Origin: Eledone cirrhosa
Taxonomy: Eukaryota
Length of the DNA: 64,000 nucleotides
Direction of reading: 5' to 3'
Assembly: GCA_964016885.1 (NCBI GenBank)
Contig: OZ024743.1
Span: forward strand, 270,506,001 to 270,570,000
In this document: piece by piece, positions 41,133-54,074 of the stretch
Layout of the letters: every line of letters starts with the position of its first letter
Position numbering within the stretch: the stretch's first letter is position 1
Notes under the pieces: generated by a model
The model's database searches: none
What the model saw: only the letters and a program-made list of their open reading frames with translations
What the model was told of the DNA's origin: nothing
Made by a program: the position numbers and the translations under genes

Positions 41133-44100
41133 TCACTCGAGCAGAGAGTTATTGTTTACGGAGGCATATCCGGGTGTAGGAGGCTTATCCGGGATTTCTT
41201 GAAGGAATTTAGCCAAAGATTTCTTGAACTTGATGGGGTCTGTCTCTGCTTTGATGTGTTTTGGTGTAATGTTAAAGAGTGCAGGGCCAATTGAGGTGAA
41301 ATAATTGTGTCGTATTGTTGTTATGTGATGCGAGTGGGATTTTTGTCGTGGGCGGATAGCACGGGGCCCAAGCCTTGGGTGTACACTAAAGGTGATGCTA
41401 ACATCATTTGGGCTAATCTGATGGAATATTTTCCACATCATACAGATGATGTAGCGCTCACGGCGACGTTGAAGAGAATACATTTTGAGCTTTTCTAATC
41501 GACTCCAATAGTCAAGGCCTGTCATGCCAACTAACTTCTTTGTAATTGACCTTTGGGGTGCTTCAACTTTCATGATACTTTGTTTCGTGTGGGGTGACCA
41601 CAGTGGACAACAGTATTCAAGGTGCGGTCGGGCAAAAGTGGAGAAGAGAAGGACAACCGTGTGGATATCTCTCGACTGGAAAGTTCTGAGAATCCAGGAA
41701 CACATTCTGTGGGCCATGTCAACCTTTCTGTTTATATGAGTGGCCCAGCTTATATTGTTGTCCACAATTACTCCCAGGTCTCTGATGTTATTGGAAGCCA
41801 CTAGAGTTTCACCCGAAGGAAGAGAGTATGGTAGTTTCAGGGCTTCTTTTTTTCCAAAGTGGATTAGTTCAAATTTATCCTCATTCAACAGCATATTATT
41901 CATTTCTGCCCATTGGATAACAGCCAGTAGGTCTGACTGAAGGCAAGTCCGGTCACCCACCTCATTGATGGCCCTTTGGAGCTTGGAATTATCTGCGAAT
42001 ATTCTGATGTTGCTGTGTTTGATGATGTCAGTAATGTCATTAATGTAGATTATGAAAAGAAGTGGGCCCAACACAGTGCCTTGTGGGACGCCACTGCGGA
42101 CTTTGGCAGGGCTTGATTTTACTCCTTCGACTACAACATGCTGGGTTCTGCCTGTCAGGAAACATTTGATCCACTGTAGTAACCTTCCAGAGACACCAAC
42201 ATTGGATAGTTTTTTCAGTAAAATCTTATGATCAACCCTGTTGAAGGCCTTGCTGAAATCAAGGTAGATGACATCAGTGCTGGAGCCCTCTCTCAAGGCT
42301 TTCAAAACATCGTCAAAGTAATGCAGGAGCTGCGTTAGGCAGTCCCTTCCATTACGGAACCCATATTGGTTGGAGTTCAGCAGGCCATTGCTTTCAAGAA
42401 AGTGGGTTATTCGTGATCTCACCACCCTCTCAAATACCTTGATAATATGAGAGGTGAGTGAGATCGGACGGTAGTTCACTGCAAGGAACTTATTTCCCTT
42501 TTTGAAGACTGGGACAACGGAATGGGACAGAAAGTTTTCAGGAATATAGCCAGTGTCCAGTGAGTTCCTCCACAGATTAGCAAGAGGAGTTGCAAGTTGG
42601 TGTCGACACACCTTCAAGACACAAGCAGGGAACTTGTCGGGGCTTAATGCTGAATAGTATTTAATTTCGTTTATTGCCGCTAAGACATCAGGGGCGCCAA
42701 ACGTTATGTCTGATATAGTGTGTTGGGGGTTAATATCACTAATACGGCCAAGATCGGCCATATCAGGGTTACTGAAAACAGAGCAGTATTGTTTCTGCAG
42801 TATCTCGCCCGTGGTTTTGGCATTGTCCTGGAGTGTGCCATTTTCATCAACTAGGGGGCCAACAGTGGAGACGGTGACCTTGTGTTTTTTAGCGAATGAG
42901 AAGAACACTTTGGGGTTGAGTTTGATTTTCTCAATGGCCCACCTCTCTTCAGCTATTCTCTGGTTATTGATGATGGTCATCATGCATTGCTGGAGGTTAT
43001 ATTTTTTTGACTCAAGCAGGGTGATAGCCATTGAATGTGTGTGTTGCTGTTGGCAGTATTTTAGTGTGTTAATTTTTTTGTTTGTTCTTTTAATTTTTCT
43101 GTTAATTGTTTTTCTGTTTTGGGGGATACTGCACTTGGTTTTGTTCACAGGTTTTGGTGGGGTGTGTTTTGTACATATATTTGTGACAGTGTCTACAAAG
43201 ATCTGCCAAGATGTTTTGATGTTGGTGGAAGTGTGTGCGTGTGTAAAAGACCAGTCGACATGTGATAGTTCGTTCATAATTGCATACCAGTTGGCATTGT
43301 AGAGATCCATGTTATCAAATGGATGGGCTGGAGAGAGGACCCTGGGATTAGCTTTCGGCTGATGGAATCTCAGGTTACAAAGAACTATGTCATGGTCTGA
43401 GAGAAGGGTTTTTTCCACTGTAATATTATGTATAGTGTTAGTGTGGTTACTAAACACTAGATCCAGAATGTTCTTCTGATGCCTCGTTGGTGCAAGGACA
43501 AGTTGGGACAAGAAAAACTCATTCATGAAGTCAAGAAGTGACTTGACAGCCTCTTTGTCAGTAGTTGAGGCTGTGGAGCCTGGTTTCAAATTACATATAG
43601 ACCAATCGACACAGGGTAGATTAAAGTCTCCCATCAAAAGTATGTTGCTAGAATGGCACTGTTTAATAAAGCATTTAATACTGTTGAAGCATTCTTTGAA
43701 GCAGATTATGGGTGTCTGTGGTGGCCTATAGAGCCCAACTAATGTCAGGTCATTGGCTTTATTGTGCACAGTGACTGATTCACAGTATCCATTAGAGAAT
43801 GTTGTGTTGCCATCTGCTGTAAAGGAGGCATGCAGGAAAATGGCAGTTCCACCCTTCCTTCTGCCAACACGATCCGCACGGATGGTTGTGAAATTTCTCA
43901 CTCTTGCTTCAGCCTCCAAGTGGGAGTTGTCAAGGTGGGTCTCAGTAAGAATGAAGAAGGGGGTGTGAAATGGATGGTTACCAACCCAATCGTCAATGAA
44001 TTGGATCTTCCATTTCTGTGCATTGATGGATGGGCTGATACCTTGTGTATTGAGTAAGAATGTGGAGGCTAGTGTGGTGGCTGGTTTTGACTGTTGCAGG

Positions 44101-44279
44101 GGGCTTGTTTTGTGATTGTGTGTTAGTGACAGCAAGGATGGTGTTGGGTGATGGCTAAAATGTTTTTCTCTATCTCTTTTGCCAGGTTCATGGCTAAAAA
44201 AGAAAGATTTTTTTTGTTCAGGATAAATATATATATATATATATATAAAAATTATAAAATAAGAAGAAGTAACAGACAC
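41133..44279 (-). CDS. CR1/L2-group non-LTR retrotransposon ORF2 (APE endonuclease + reverse transcriptase); homology starts near 44060
   Basis: ILTETHL, GLYRPP, MGDFNLP, LDLVFSN, SDHDIV (APE); NYRPISLTS, QYGFR, YLDFSKAF, SGVPQGTVLGPLLF, FADN, RDLGV, RPHLEYC (RT). Confidence 0.95.
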   Translation of the reverse strand: MSVTSSYFIIFIYIYIYIYPEQKKSFFFSHEPGKRDREKHFSHHPTPSLLSLTHNHKTSPLQQSKPATTLASTFLLNTQGISPSINAQKWKIQFIDDWVGNHPFHTPFFILTETHLDNSHLEAEARVRNFTTIRADRVGRRKGGTAIFLHASFTADGNTTFSNGYCESVTVHNKANDLTLVGLYRPPQTPIICFKECFNSIKCFIKQCHSSNILLMGDFNLPCVDWSICNLKPGSTASTTDKEAVKSLLDFMNEFFLSQLVLAPTRHQKNILDLVFSNHTNTIHNITVEKTLLSDHDIVLCNLRFHQPKANPRVLSPAHPFDNMDLYNANWYAIMNELSHVDWSFTHAHTSTNIKTSWQIFVDTVTNICTKHTPPKPVNKTKCSIPQNRKTINRKIKRTNKKINTLKYCQQQHTHSMAITLLESKKYNLQQCMMTIINNQRIAEERWAIEKIKLNPKVFFSFAKKHKVTVSTVGPLVDENGTLQDNAKTTGEILQKQYCSVFSNPDMADLGRISDINPQHTISDITFGAPDVLAAINEIKYYSALSPDKFPACVLKVCRHQLATPLANLWRNSLDTGYIPENFLSHSVVPVFKKGNKFLAVNYRPISLTSHIIKVFERVVRSRITHFLESNGLLNSNQYGFRNGRDCLTQLLHYFDDVLKALREGSSTDVIYLDFSKAFNRVDHKILLKKLSNVGVSGRLLQWIKCFLTGRTQHVVVEGVKSSPAKVRSGVPQGTVLGPLLFIIYINDITDIIKHSNIRIFADNSKLQRAINEVGDRTCLQSDLLAVIQWAEMNNMLLNEDKFELIHFGKKEALKLPYSLPSGETLVASNNIRDLGVIVDNNISWATHINRKVDMAHRMCSWILRTFQSRDIHTVVLLFSTFARPHLEYCCPLWSPHTKQSIMKVEAPQRSITKKLVGMTGLDYWSRLEKLKMYSLQRRRERYIICMMWKIFHQISPNDVSITFSVHPRLGPRAIRPRQKSHSHHITTIRHNYFTSIGPALFNITPKHIKAETDPIKFKKSLAKFLQEIPDKPPTPGYASVNNNSLLE

Positions 44280-44464
44280 AGATATATACCTATCTTTTCT
44301 TCAAAGTCCCGACTGTACAGTTTCGCTGGTCAGTTTGCAACAATTGCACATTATAGATGTGCAATATTGTTGTGAGGCACACTAGCTTTTCAAGGAACTC
44401 CTCGGGTAAAGAACCCCTTCCAGACACGTTCGTAGCAAGTGAGAATATATATATGTATATATAC

Positions 44465-44655
44465 ATGTTTATCCCGGGTTTAATCGGTGGTAACCACAGT
44501 AAGTAAGGTACTCAATACATAGCAGAGTATAAATATTTAATATAGAAATGGCTTCTCCAGGACTATAACTGTTTCATTCGGTAGAAATCGTCAGCTCTCC
44601 TGATGATTTCTACCGAATGAAACAGTTATAGTCCTGTAGAAGCCATTTCTATATT
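44465..44655. mobile_element. Fold-back pLTR-like module with HHR cores on both arms
   Basis: IR 44539-44594 / 44600-44655; CTGATGA-tTTC-tacc-GAAt-GAA-ACAGT-T; same family at 56146-56277. Confidence 0.75.
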
Positions 44656-44729
44656 ATATATATATATATACGCATCTCACTCGCGCTCTCACTCTCTCTC
44701 TCGCTTTTTATATGTTTGTGTGCGTGTGT

Positions 44730-44890
44730 ACATGGGAGTGCTGAAAAGTTTCTGGTTTGGTCGCTGCTACAGAGGTCCAACCTTCCAAGTTGGTTTTACA
44801 GGGCTTAGAAAAACTGAAGGACAGTCGCAATAAGTTTGTGAATCAGAGAGGGAAATATGTTTAATAAAACCATAATTAACTGATCCTCAC
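44730..44890 (+). mobile_element. Mariner-derived MITE remnant
   Basis: GTGCTGAAAAGTT terminus and transposase C-terminal remnant GLEKLKDSRNKFVNQRGKYV. Confidence 0.5.
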
Positions 44891-44925
44891 ATAATGTGTG
44901 TATATGTATGTACACTCGCGCAAAT

Positions 44926-44977
<52 letters not shown>

Positions 44978-45032
44978 ATGTATGTATTGCAGTGACTTTT
45001 CACAAGGAAACAAAATAGTATTATAAATACAC

Positions 45033-45071
<39 letters not shown>

Positions 45072-45469
45072 AGTGTGTGTGTATTTATATATCTATGTAC
45101 ACACACACATATATGTGTGTGTGTGTGTGTGTGTGTTTACAATACTATTTTATTTCCATATTAACTATAAAATAGTGAAACTACAATTATAGGAGGGAAA
45201 AAATGTAAATAAGAATCGAACCATGCATCCGTCGCATGCTATACGACTGTGATAACCATTACACCAAAGCGACCTGAACAACATCCACTGTCTAATTAGG
45301 TTCCTTAACTGTTGGCTAAAAATGTAAAAAAAAACAAAAACCCCAAGCTATTGCACAAATTTGAAAATTTGAAAATCTATTTGATTTTTGTTTTTTCTGT
45401 TGAAAAGCTACCAGAATCTATGTTAACTACCCACACCAACAAACAAATATGAGATAAATAACGAAAAGA

Positions 45470-46068
45470 AACCACTGGCAACACCACCAGTCCACTATCA
45501 ATTCATTACCGCCAACACCAACACCTCAACCACTACTAATACCATTACTGTTACAACCACTACCACCACCACAACTATCTATACTCCTGCTCTCACCATT
45601 ACCACCAACACCAACACCTCAACCATTACTTATACCATCACCGTTACAACCACTACCACCACCACAACAATTTCCACTGACGACATACCACTGCCAGTAC
45701 TGACACTACTAAAACCATCAACAACAACAACAACAACAACAACAGTAGTAGCAAGAACAACAATACCACCACCACCAACAACAACAACAGTAGCAACAGC
45801 AACACTAGCAGCAGCAACAACAACAACAGCAACAGTAGCAACAACAGCAGTAACAACAACAACAACAGCAGTAACAACAACAACAACAACAGCAGCAGCA
45901 ACACTAGCAGCAGTAGCAACAATATCAGCAACAGTAGCAAAAACAACAACAACAAAAACAACAGCAACAGCAACAGCAACAACAACAACAACAACATCAG
46001 AAACAGTAGCAACAACAACAACAACAGCAACAGCAACAACAACAACAACAACAGCAACAACAACAACG
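45470..46068. repeat. (ACC)n/(AAC/AGC)n degenerate trinucleotide repeat
   Basis: Direct reading. Confidence 0.9.
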
Positions 46069-46322
46069 CGATGCTAATGAGATAATTAAAAGAAAATACC
46101 ATACAGAATTATAATTCTCAATCAATAACCAACATAATTATTCAGTTATTTTTTATGTATATTGTTGTTGTTGTTGTTTTATAATTGTTCTGTTAATTAT
46201 TATTATTATTAGTAGTAGTAGTATTTGTTATTGTTATTTTGTATAATATTCGTTTAATACTACGTGTTTGTTTGTGTGTGGGCGTGTTGTCATTGTTGTT
46301 ATACTATTATTATTGTTAATTG

Positions 46323-46516
46323 GGCGGTGGATTGGCAGTATCGGTAGAGGGTCGGACGCTATGCTTTGCAGCATAGAGTTACGGCCTATTACGGTCTGAG
46401 TTCAAATCCCGCCGAGGTTAACTTTGCCTTTCATCCTTACGGGGTTGATAAAATAAAGTACCAGTAATGCACTGGGGTAATTGCTGGCCTTGTGCCAATA
46501 GTAGAAACAATTATTG
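46323..46516 (+). mobile_element. tRNA-derived SINE (family A), best full-length copy
   Basis: TGGCAGTATCGG A box, GAGTTCAAATCCC B box, GTTAACTTTGCCTTTCATCCTTACGGGG..GATAAAATAAAGTACCAG core (MetaSINE-like), ATT tail; partial copies also at 16863, 21189, 24047 and 37640. Confidence 0.9.
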
Positions 46517-47040
46517 TTAATACTTTTGTAGTTACATACGGTGCATGTCTATGGTTTTGAGGTAGGTGCAGCATTGTGTGTTCTTATTTTTGAGGAGATT
46601 GGGGAGTGTAGACTCTTGTGAGTGTACTACATCAGTCTGATGTTGGTCTGGACCTCCCCTTGCTGTTTCCTGTGTTATTTTAGTCTTTGTTCTATTGTGT
46701 ATGGTATATGTAATGTCAATTGTGTTATTTTATTGGTCATTAATCTTGTGGAGTATATTTTGTGTGAGTTGTATTTACTTTATAAGGTGTTTATCGTATA
46801 GGGTGTGTGCTGTGTGTGAAGTTTGTGCTATTTAAGGGATGCTATTAAATCAATAATATCTTGTGCAGGATGTGGGATGATCCAAGTAGAACTAGTTTGG
46901 GGATAGTGTATAGTATTGTGAAGCCTGGCAAAGATTCTATGTCTTTGTTCATGTTATTTTTTTTATGATACCTTCATACCCAATGCTCTGATATACCATA
47001 ACTTATATATATATGTATGAGATGAAAGAATGTTATTTAA

Positions 47041-48460
47041 CTAATGTAATGGAACGCGATGGGGCCCACCCACAGCCCCGGCGGACAGAATGGAGAAGGC
47101 GTTTCCCCGGAGGACGGCAAGGGAGACGCGCTGGAAAAGCCACTCCAACTCGCGGGGCTCACACCTACGGCTGGCCAGCTCAGCGCTTATGGTGGTGAGT
47201 AAGGAGGTAGCCCTGGGGGGGCCGAGGACACCAGAAGTTTCCACTGCCAGGGGAACGACCGCAAACCTGTCGGTGAGCGACCGGTATTTGAGGAGTTTGG
47301 CCCCCTCAGCCCGACGTGCAGCAGAACCTGGGTCAGTCGCAGACTGCACCAGGTTGCGGCTGCAGAAAGTGTCGGTGCAAGTGGCATCCCAGACGAGGGG
47401 TTTGCCACCGCGGAACGGGAAGATGGTCATGCCATCTGGCCTTTTGCCGTCCGCTCGATCCAGCCGCACCAGCTCGAGCTGGGAAGGGAAGCCTGCAGCG
47501 TCCAAGCCATGCTTAATGACCTAGTTGAGGGCAGTATGGCGTGGAATGCGGCCGGCACTGTGGCGACAGGAAAGCGGGTGGAGGCCGAAAGAGTCCACGG
47601 CGGAACCGCAGCGACATTGGTGTGGCTGGCAGATCCGGAGGCCGAGCCTCAGAGAAATGTCGATTCGCAGGCTATGGATGTCTAGCTGCGTGCCAGTGGA
47701 GAAGGAGGGCAGAGCATGGAGCCAGGCACCACTGTCTGAGGCCAGTCTGAGGCCAGGATGCACTGGATGGCATCCCAAGTGCGTTGGGGGGGATTTGACG
47801 TCAACAGGGGGAGAAGGAGGAGGTACGTCTACAGGGCTAAGTCCCAGCCGGTCCCACGTCTCACAGGCGGCCTCACGTTCTCTGAACACAGAGGGTTCTG
47901 TTGTGTTTTGAAGAACCCTGCTGACGAGGACGCGGCACGAGGTTACCGACGAAAGATACGCCGGCAAAGCTAGTGAGATCGGGGACCGGAGGCCTAGGCC
48001 GCCGTACCTGACCGGTAAAGTGGCCTGTTGCCACCCTATGTCGTCAAACTTGACGTTGCATATCCCCTCGGCTGCTGCTCGGATACAAGTATCGAGGTCA
48101 GCGAGGAGAGATGTTTGGGTGTTGCACGGAGCGCTGCGGAGTGTATAGAGGAGCTTCGGCATGGCGAAGCAGTTCTTCAGCAGAAAGAGAGCTGGGTGGC
48201 CGTCAATCAAGCCCAGTCGGCTCGTGAGAGTCTGGAGCTGTTGAAGCCTGGACCTGATGGTGGAGCGGATGGCCGGCGGGTGGATCGGTGACCCGAGGAT
48301 GAGGACTTCCTCTTTGGGAGTCACCTGAACCTGGCGGAGAATGGACCGCACGTCCAAGACGGAGGCTGCAAAGCTCACAGCATCGAGGCTGACGTTCACC
48401 ACCTCCGACTTGGCCGAGTTGACTTGGAGGCCGATTCCCGCCAGGGTGGAATCACCGATT
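47041..48460 (-). pseudogene. CRE-clade non-LTR retrotransposon, RT C-terminus + CCHC zinc knuckle + REL endonuclease
   Basis: IGLQVNSAKSE, ILGSPI, PKLLYTLRS, QATLPVRYGGLG, CRCG...GLHPLSC, RHTALN*(in-frame TAG 47521-23), GKRPDG, LVWDATC, PLAVETSG, RGNA. Confidence 0.85.
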
Positions 48461-48534
48461 GAAGGTCTTGGCAGACCGTCCGTACGGGCCCACCCAACGT
48501 AGTTAAATACCATTCTTTCTTCTGCTCTGATTAT

Positions 48535-48737
48535 TATTGCTCCACATCTTCATGTATATTTCAATATCAAGATCCTTGTATTTTAACAGTTTTTCTACTT
48601 CTTTCCAAGCCTTATTTTGGTCAGAATTGATTGCGATGTCTATCATGGAAAATGCGTTTTTTTATCATCTCCTTGATTATTATGTCTGGACAGCTTTCGT
48701 TGATATCTTTGTCAGTTTGAATGAGCATATTCCAGAG
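48535..48737 (-). pseudogene. R4/Dong-like REL endonuclease fragment
   Basis: LWNMLIQTDKDINESCPDIIIK / MIDIAINSDQNKAWKEVEKLLKYKDLDIEIYMKMW. Confidence 0.75.
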
Positions 48738-50296
48738 ACGTCATATACCTTCTTAGAGGGTAACGAAAAGAATGGGTATACATGTAAAGACGCTGCTTGA
48801 ATCTATTGGCGGTTAACCCTATGTAGGCCCTACGGCACGTGGGTGTTTCAACCTTACATTTGTAGACAATGATACTAGAGAGGCATTTCCCGGGTAGGGG
48901 CAATCAACCCGATTCCTACAATTACAGTTAGTACTAACTACAGGGTTGCTCGTGTTCCTACGGCTAGGTAGTTTAGCTAAATTTGAAGCTGTGATGTTAT
49001 GTGCAAGGTTAGAAGTCGTCGAGTAAGAAATTTTAATAGTATTTCTATTAAAAATGTTACTATATTTATGTGTAGGGGGAAAATGCTTCGTAATAAGGGA
49101 AAGAAAGATCTTAGCTAATGGTGTGGCCACCTCCATATTATATGGTGGGTTATACCAACAAATGCGACGGGATCTATTTCTTCTAGGTCTATTTTCGTAC
49201 TCTGTATTTGTTACCTTATCGACAAATCCACTCCGAGCAAGAGCTTCATTGTAATAAGTGGAATGGTCGTTGAAAATATGCTCGTTAGTAGATAGACGGG
49301 AAAGCCTCAACGAAACGTTTCTTACCAGGTTCTTGGTTATGCTGGCTTATGTAATTAAGCGTATCATTCGGCTTTCTATACGGGTAATACAACCCATTCA
49401 ATAAATTGAGGGTAACGTCGAGGTAATTAACGACCGAGAGATTGGCCTCAACCTGTATAGAGAGGTTGAATCCTTTAAAGTTCTTTTCTGAACCTGTCGC
49501 AAGCACGAGGTCCGCACTTAGTCATGGTCAAAAGACCATCATCACGGTATAAACCACCGCCCGCGTTGGGGAATTCGTCCTTGATAGAGAAAAGAAGGAA
49601 AAGGCCGATAAGATCAGTAACCTCCGCAGAATCGCTGGCGCCCATACTCACGTCGAATGGGGTACTATTGGATTTTTTAATCCAAATAGAGTCGTCGAAA
49701 TTAATCACCGACTTACGGGCATTGACGATAACATCAACTTCGAAATACTGAACCACTGTGAGTGTTTTAGCGAAATTGATAGCTCTAAGGAGAAGTGGTA
49801 AAGTGATGGAGGAATAGTAATTATTGATGTCGAATTGGATAAAACGGCAATGTTCCTTGTTGCATATGCCGTTGAACCAATCAATCACCGCGAAAGAATT
49901 GTTCTACAGTGCAAGAGGGGCCAAACTTCTAATTTCAGGTATAATTCTATCAAGAATCCTTTTACTAAGTCTACCTAAATCGGACTTCGTAGGGTTAATA
50001 AGACGAATAGAGGGGTTGTTCGGAAAATTGGATTTGTGATCCTTCAGGGTAAAGTGGGGAGAAATAGGGTCCAGAGGTTCGGTCCGGTCCAGGATGTTGA
50101 GATCAGATGTGATTTTAAACCCAGCATCGTTGATTTCATTGATGACGCGCCGATTAGTTTTACGGTAATCATTAGTTACAGCATTATGTAGTAGTTGATG
50201 GTAAGTACCGCGCTCCACTTGATATAGATTGCCAGTTTTGTCGGAATGGACGTGCACGGCATTAGAATCCTTAATAGAACGAATTCTATTCTTCAG
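48738..50296 (-). pseudogene. Penelope-like element RT + GIY-YIG (YRDDG type), frameshifted
   Basis: DKTGNLY, TLKDHK, RLINP, FIQFDI, FDVSMG, GLYRDDGL, NYLDVTL, WYNPPY, CNCR...CP, IVYKC...YIGLT...FKQR; 5' end abuts (TG)n/(TA)n. Confidence 0.9.
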
Positions 50297-50303
50297 GTGT
50301 GTG

Positions 50304-50466
<163 letters not shown>

Positions 50467-50533
50467 AAAAACAAACAAACAGAAATAAAAAAACTAATGG
50501 CGCAGTAAACTGAAGAAATATATTAGTTATATA

Positions 50534-50616
50534 TACAGGGGGTCCCCCCAAAAAATGTATACACACTTCAACAGCATTCTAATAAATATGTGTACACATT
50601 TGGGGGACACTCTGTA
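50534..50616. mobile_element. ~80-bp Tc1-like mini-MITE
   Basis: TA-CAGGGGGTCCCCC...GGGGGACACTCTG-TA; second copy at 52496-52573. Confidence 0.7.
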
Positions 50617-50726
50617 CACACACACACACACACATATATATATACATACATACATACATACATACATACATACATACATACATGCATACATACATACATA
50701 CACACACATATATATATGTGCGTGTG

Positions 50727-50762
<36 letters not shown>

Positions 50763-51548
50763 TATATACATATATATATATACATACATATATACATAAA
50801 CAAAATCTCTACAAAAGCCAAGAAACAGAATAAAACAATAAGATTACAGCAAACTGTAAGGCTGGTTTTTGAGTAATGAAAGCGAGAAAGGAAATAAGAG
50901 ATAGAGCGTTAGTTTTAGTGATAGTGTTATTGTTGGTAGTAGGGGTGGGCGCGGTGGGAGCGGTGGGCGCGGTGTGAGCGGTGGGCGCAGTGGGCTAAAA
51001 TGGAGATGATGATAGTTGCCAGAATTTTCCGACAAAAACCTAATTGCAGATCTTTTAGCCGTTATGTTTGGAGCGCCAATTAGAACCGAAGGGAAGAAAT
51101 TCTTTTATTTACCCGGCTGACATTGGCTAGCTAAATATAGATTGGACACGCCAGAGCTACCTATAATTAGCTATAATAACTAGAATGCGACAGCGGCAGC
51201 GTTTCGAGATAAGACTGGCTTATTTTAAACAACTGCCATGCCAGAAGAGGTTATGTAGACATACGCTCCTTCCATGCAGTTATATTTGTATATGTTAGTA
51301 TGTATGTATGTATGCATGTATGCATGTATGTATGTATGTATGTATGTACACATACACACACAAACAAAAACACACAAACACACACACACACACACGTGTG
51401 TGTATGTGTATGTGTGCATGTATGTATATATTTGTATATGCGTGTTTGTATGTATACGTATATATATGTGTGCATATATACATGCACAAACACACACGTA
51501 CACACACTCACGTACACACACACACGCGCACACACACACACACACACG

Positions 51549-51592
<44 letters not shown>

Positions 51593-51678
51593 TATATATA
51601 TATATTCATAGTGGAAGGCCGTCAAATGTTTTTCATAAACATCCTGAACATATATATAGTTATATGTACATACATACA

Positions 51679-51796
<118 letters not shown>

Positions 51797-52062
51797 ATGT
51801 GTATGTATACTTAATGAATGTATAGATGCAGTATTTCACGGATAACTACATATGCTCGCGCCTTCACAAACCACATGTATATGTATGTATGTATATTTAT
51901 CTATGCATGAGTGTGTGTATGCGTTTATGAATGTATGAACGTGTGATATACACATATATGTGTTAGAAAATAGATAAGTAAAATGGGTGCCTGTGCACGA
52001 TGTGTGTACCAGACTATGAGAGTGTGTATGTATATATATGTATATATATATATGAATGTATA

Positions 52063-52094
<32 letters not shown>

Positions 52095-52134
52095 CATATA
52101 TATTTATGTATATATATATATGAATGTATATATG

Positions 52135-52192
<58 letters not shown>

Positions 52193-52211
52193 TACATTCA
52201 TATATATATAC

Positions 52212-52259
<48 letters not shown>

Positions 52260-52267
52260 GTATATAA

Positions 52268-52366
<99 letters not shown>

Positions 52367-52374
52367 TATATGTA

Positions 52375-52427
<53 letters not shown>

Positions 52428-52452
52428 GTATATATATATGAATGTATATATG

Positions 52453-52491
<39 letters not shown>

Positions 52492-52495
52492 TACA

Positions 52496-52573
52496 CACGG
52501 TGTCCCCTATAAATGAATGCACACTTCAACACCACTCTAATAAAAGTGTGTATAGATTTTTTGGGACACACTG
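52496..52573. mobile_element. ~80-bp Tc1-like mini-MITE, copy 2
   Basis: CACGGTGTCCC...CACACTTCAAC...GGGACACACTG. Confidence 0.65.
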
Positions 52574-53100
52574 TGTGTATATTTATATTATTATATATAT
52601 TATCATATATATATGTGTGTATGAATGCATGTGCGTATGTAAGTATGTAAGTACGTATGTATATGGGCATGTATGTGTAGTAGTATAAGACCATTTCAAA
52701 TAAAAAAGGGTGGGGGTATTGATAAATTAAGGGATATTAGAGAGGAGAGGGCGTAGTGGAGATTAAAGGTGCATAGTGAGAGGGGTCCTAATGAGAAGGG
52801 AGAGAAGGCAGGGGTGAGAGGAAGGGGTGGAGGATTTAAGAAGGATAAGTTAAATGAAAGAAAGAACAAACTATAGAGAAAAGGAATGAAAGAAAGAAAA
52901 AAGAAAGAAAGAGAAAATGAAAGAAAGAAAGAAAGAAGAAAGAAAGAAAGAAAGAATAAAAGAAAGAAAAATAGAAAGAAAGAAAGAGAGAAAGAAAGAG
53001 AGGAAGAAAGAGAGAAAGAAAGAAATAGAGAAAGAAGGAAGGAAAGAAAGAAACAAACAATGTAAGAAAGAGAGAAAAGATGAGAGGTTGAGTGAGGGAT

Positions 53101-53135
<35 letters not shown>

Positions 53136-53220
53136 AAAAAGAAGCAAACAAAGTACAGAAAGCGGAAAGAAATAGAAAAGAAAGAAAGAAAAAGCAAGAA
53201 TGAAGGAAAGAAAAGGAAAG

Positions 53221-53745
53221 ATTGGAGGAGTTTAAAGTGGTAAGAATGAATAAAAACGAAAGAAAAATTGAAGGAGTTTAAAGTGGTAAGAATGAATAAA
53301 AACGAAAGAAAAAGAAAGTTTGAAGGAGTGTAAAGTGGTAAGAATGAATAAAAACGAAAGAAAGATTGAAGGAGTTTAAAGTGGTAAGAATGAATAAAAA
53401 CGAAAGAAAGATTGAAGCAGTGTAAAGTGGCAAGAATGAATAAAAACGAAAGAAAGATTGAAGGAGTTTAAAGTGGTAAGAATGAATAAAAACGAAAGAA
53501 TGATTGAAGGAGTTTAAAGTGGTAAGAATGAATAAAAACGAAAGAAAGATTGAAGGAGTGTAAAGTGGTAAGAATGAATAAAAACGAAAGAAAGATTGAA
53601 GGAGTGTAAAGTGGTAAGAATGAATAAAAACGAAAGAAAAAGAAAGTTTGAAGGAGTGTAAAGTGATAAGAAGGAATAAAAACTAAGAGAAAGAAAAGGA
53701 AAGATTGAAGAAGTGTAAAGTGGTAAGAATGAATAAAAACGAAGA
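53221..53745. repeat. 46-bp minisatellite, ~11 copies
   Basis: ATTGAAGGAGT(T/G)TAAAGTGGTAAGAATGAATAAAAACGAAAGAAAG. Confidence 0.9.
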
Positions 53746-53939
53746 GAAAGAAAAAAGGAAGAATTTATTTAAGAAATAAAAAAATGAAAAGCTTAAAAAA
53801 TATAAAAGAAAGAAATTAAAAATGAAGGAAAAATGGCGCGAGTTAAATTGTTTGTTCGTGGTATGATATGATCTGTATCATTTACATGTATTAAACTGCA
53901 TATGTGCATATGTAATGCACACACACACACATATATATG

Positions 53940-53976
<37 letters not shown>

Positions 53977-54006
53977 ATTAGACATACAAGAGTACAAGAA
54001 AACATA

Positions 54007-54074
<68 letters not shown>

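Noticed and set aside
44060-44279. N-terminal extension of the 1048-aa ORF
   Set aside because: Runs through (TA)n and upstream low-complexity sequence; not homologous to LINE ORF2
47090-48291. Plus-strand GC-rich ORFs
   Set aside because: Antisense shadows of the CRE element
48738-50296. Selenocysteine-recoded (Naiad-like) PLE
   Set aside because: Observed disruptions are TAG at a Trp position and frameshifts, not in-frame TGA at Cys positions; no SECIS recognisable
53221-53745. CRISPR-like regular repeat
   Set aside because: No unique spacers, no cas genes, eukaryotic context; ordinary minisatellite
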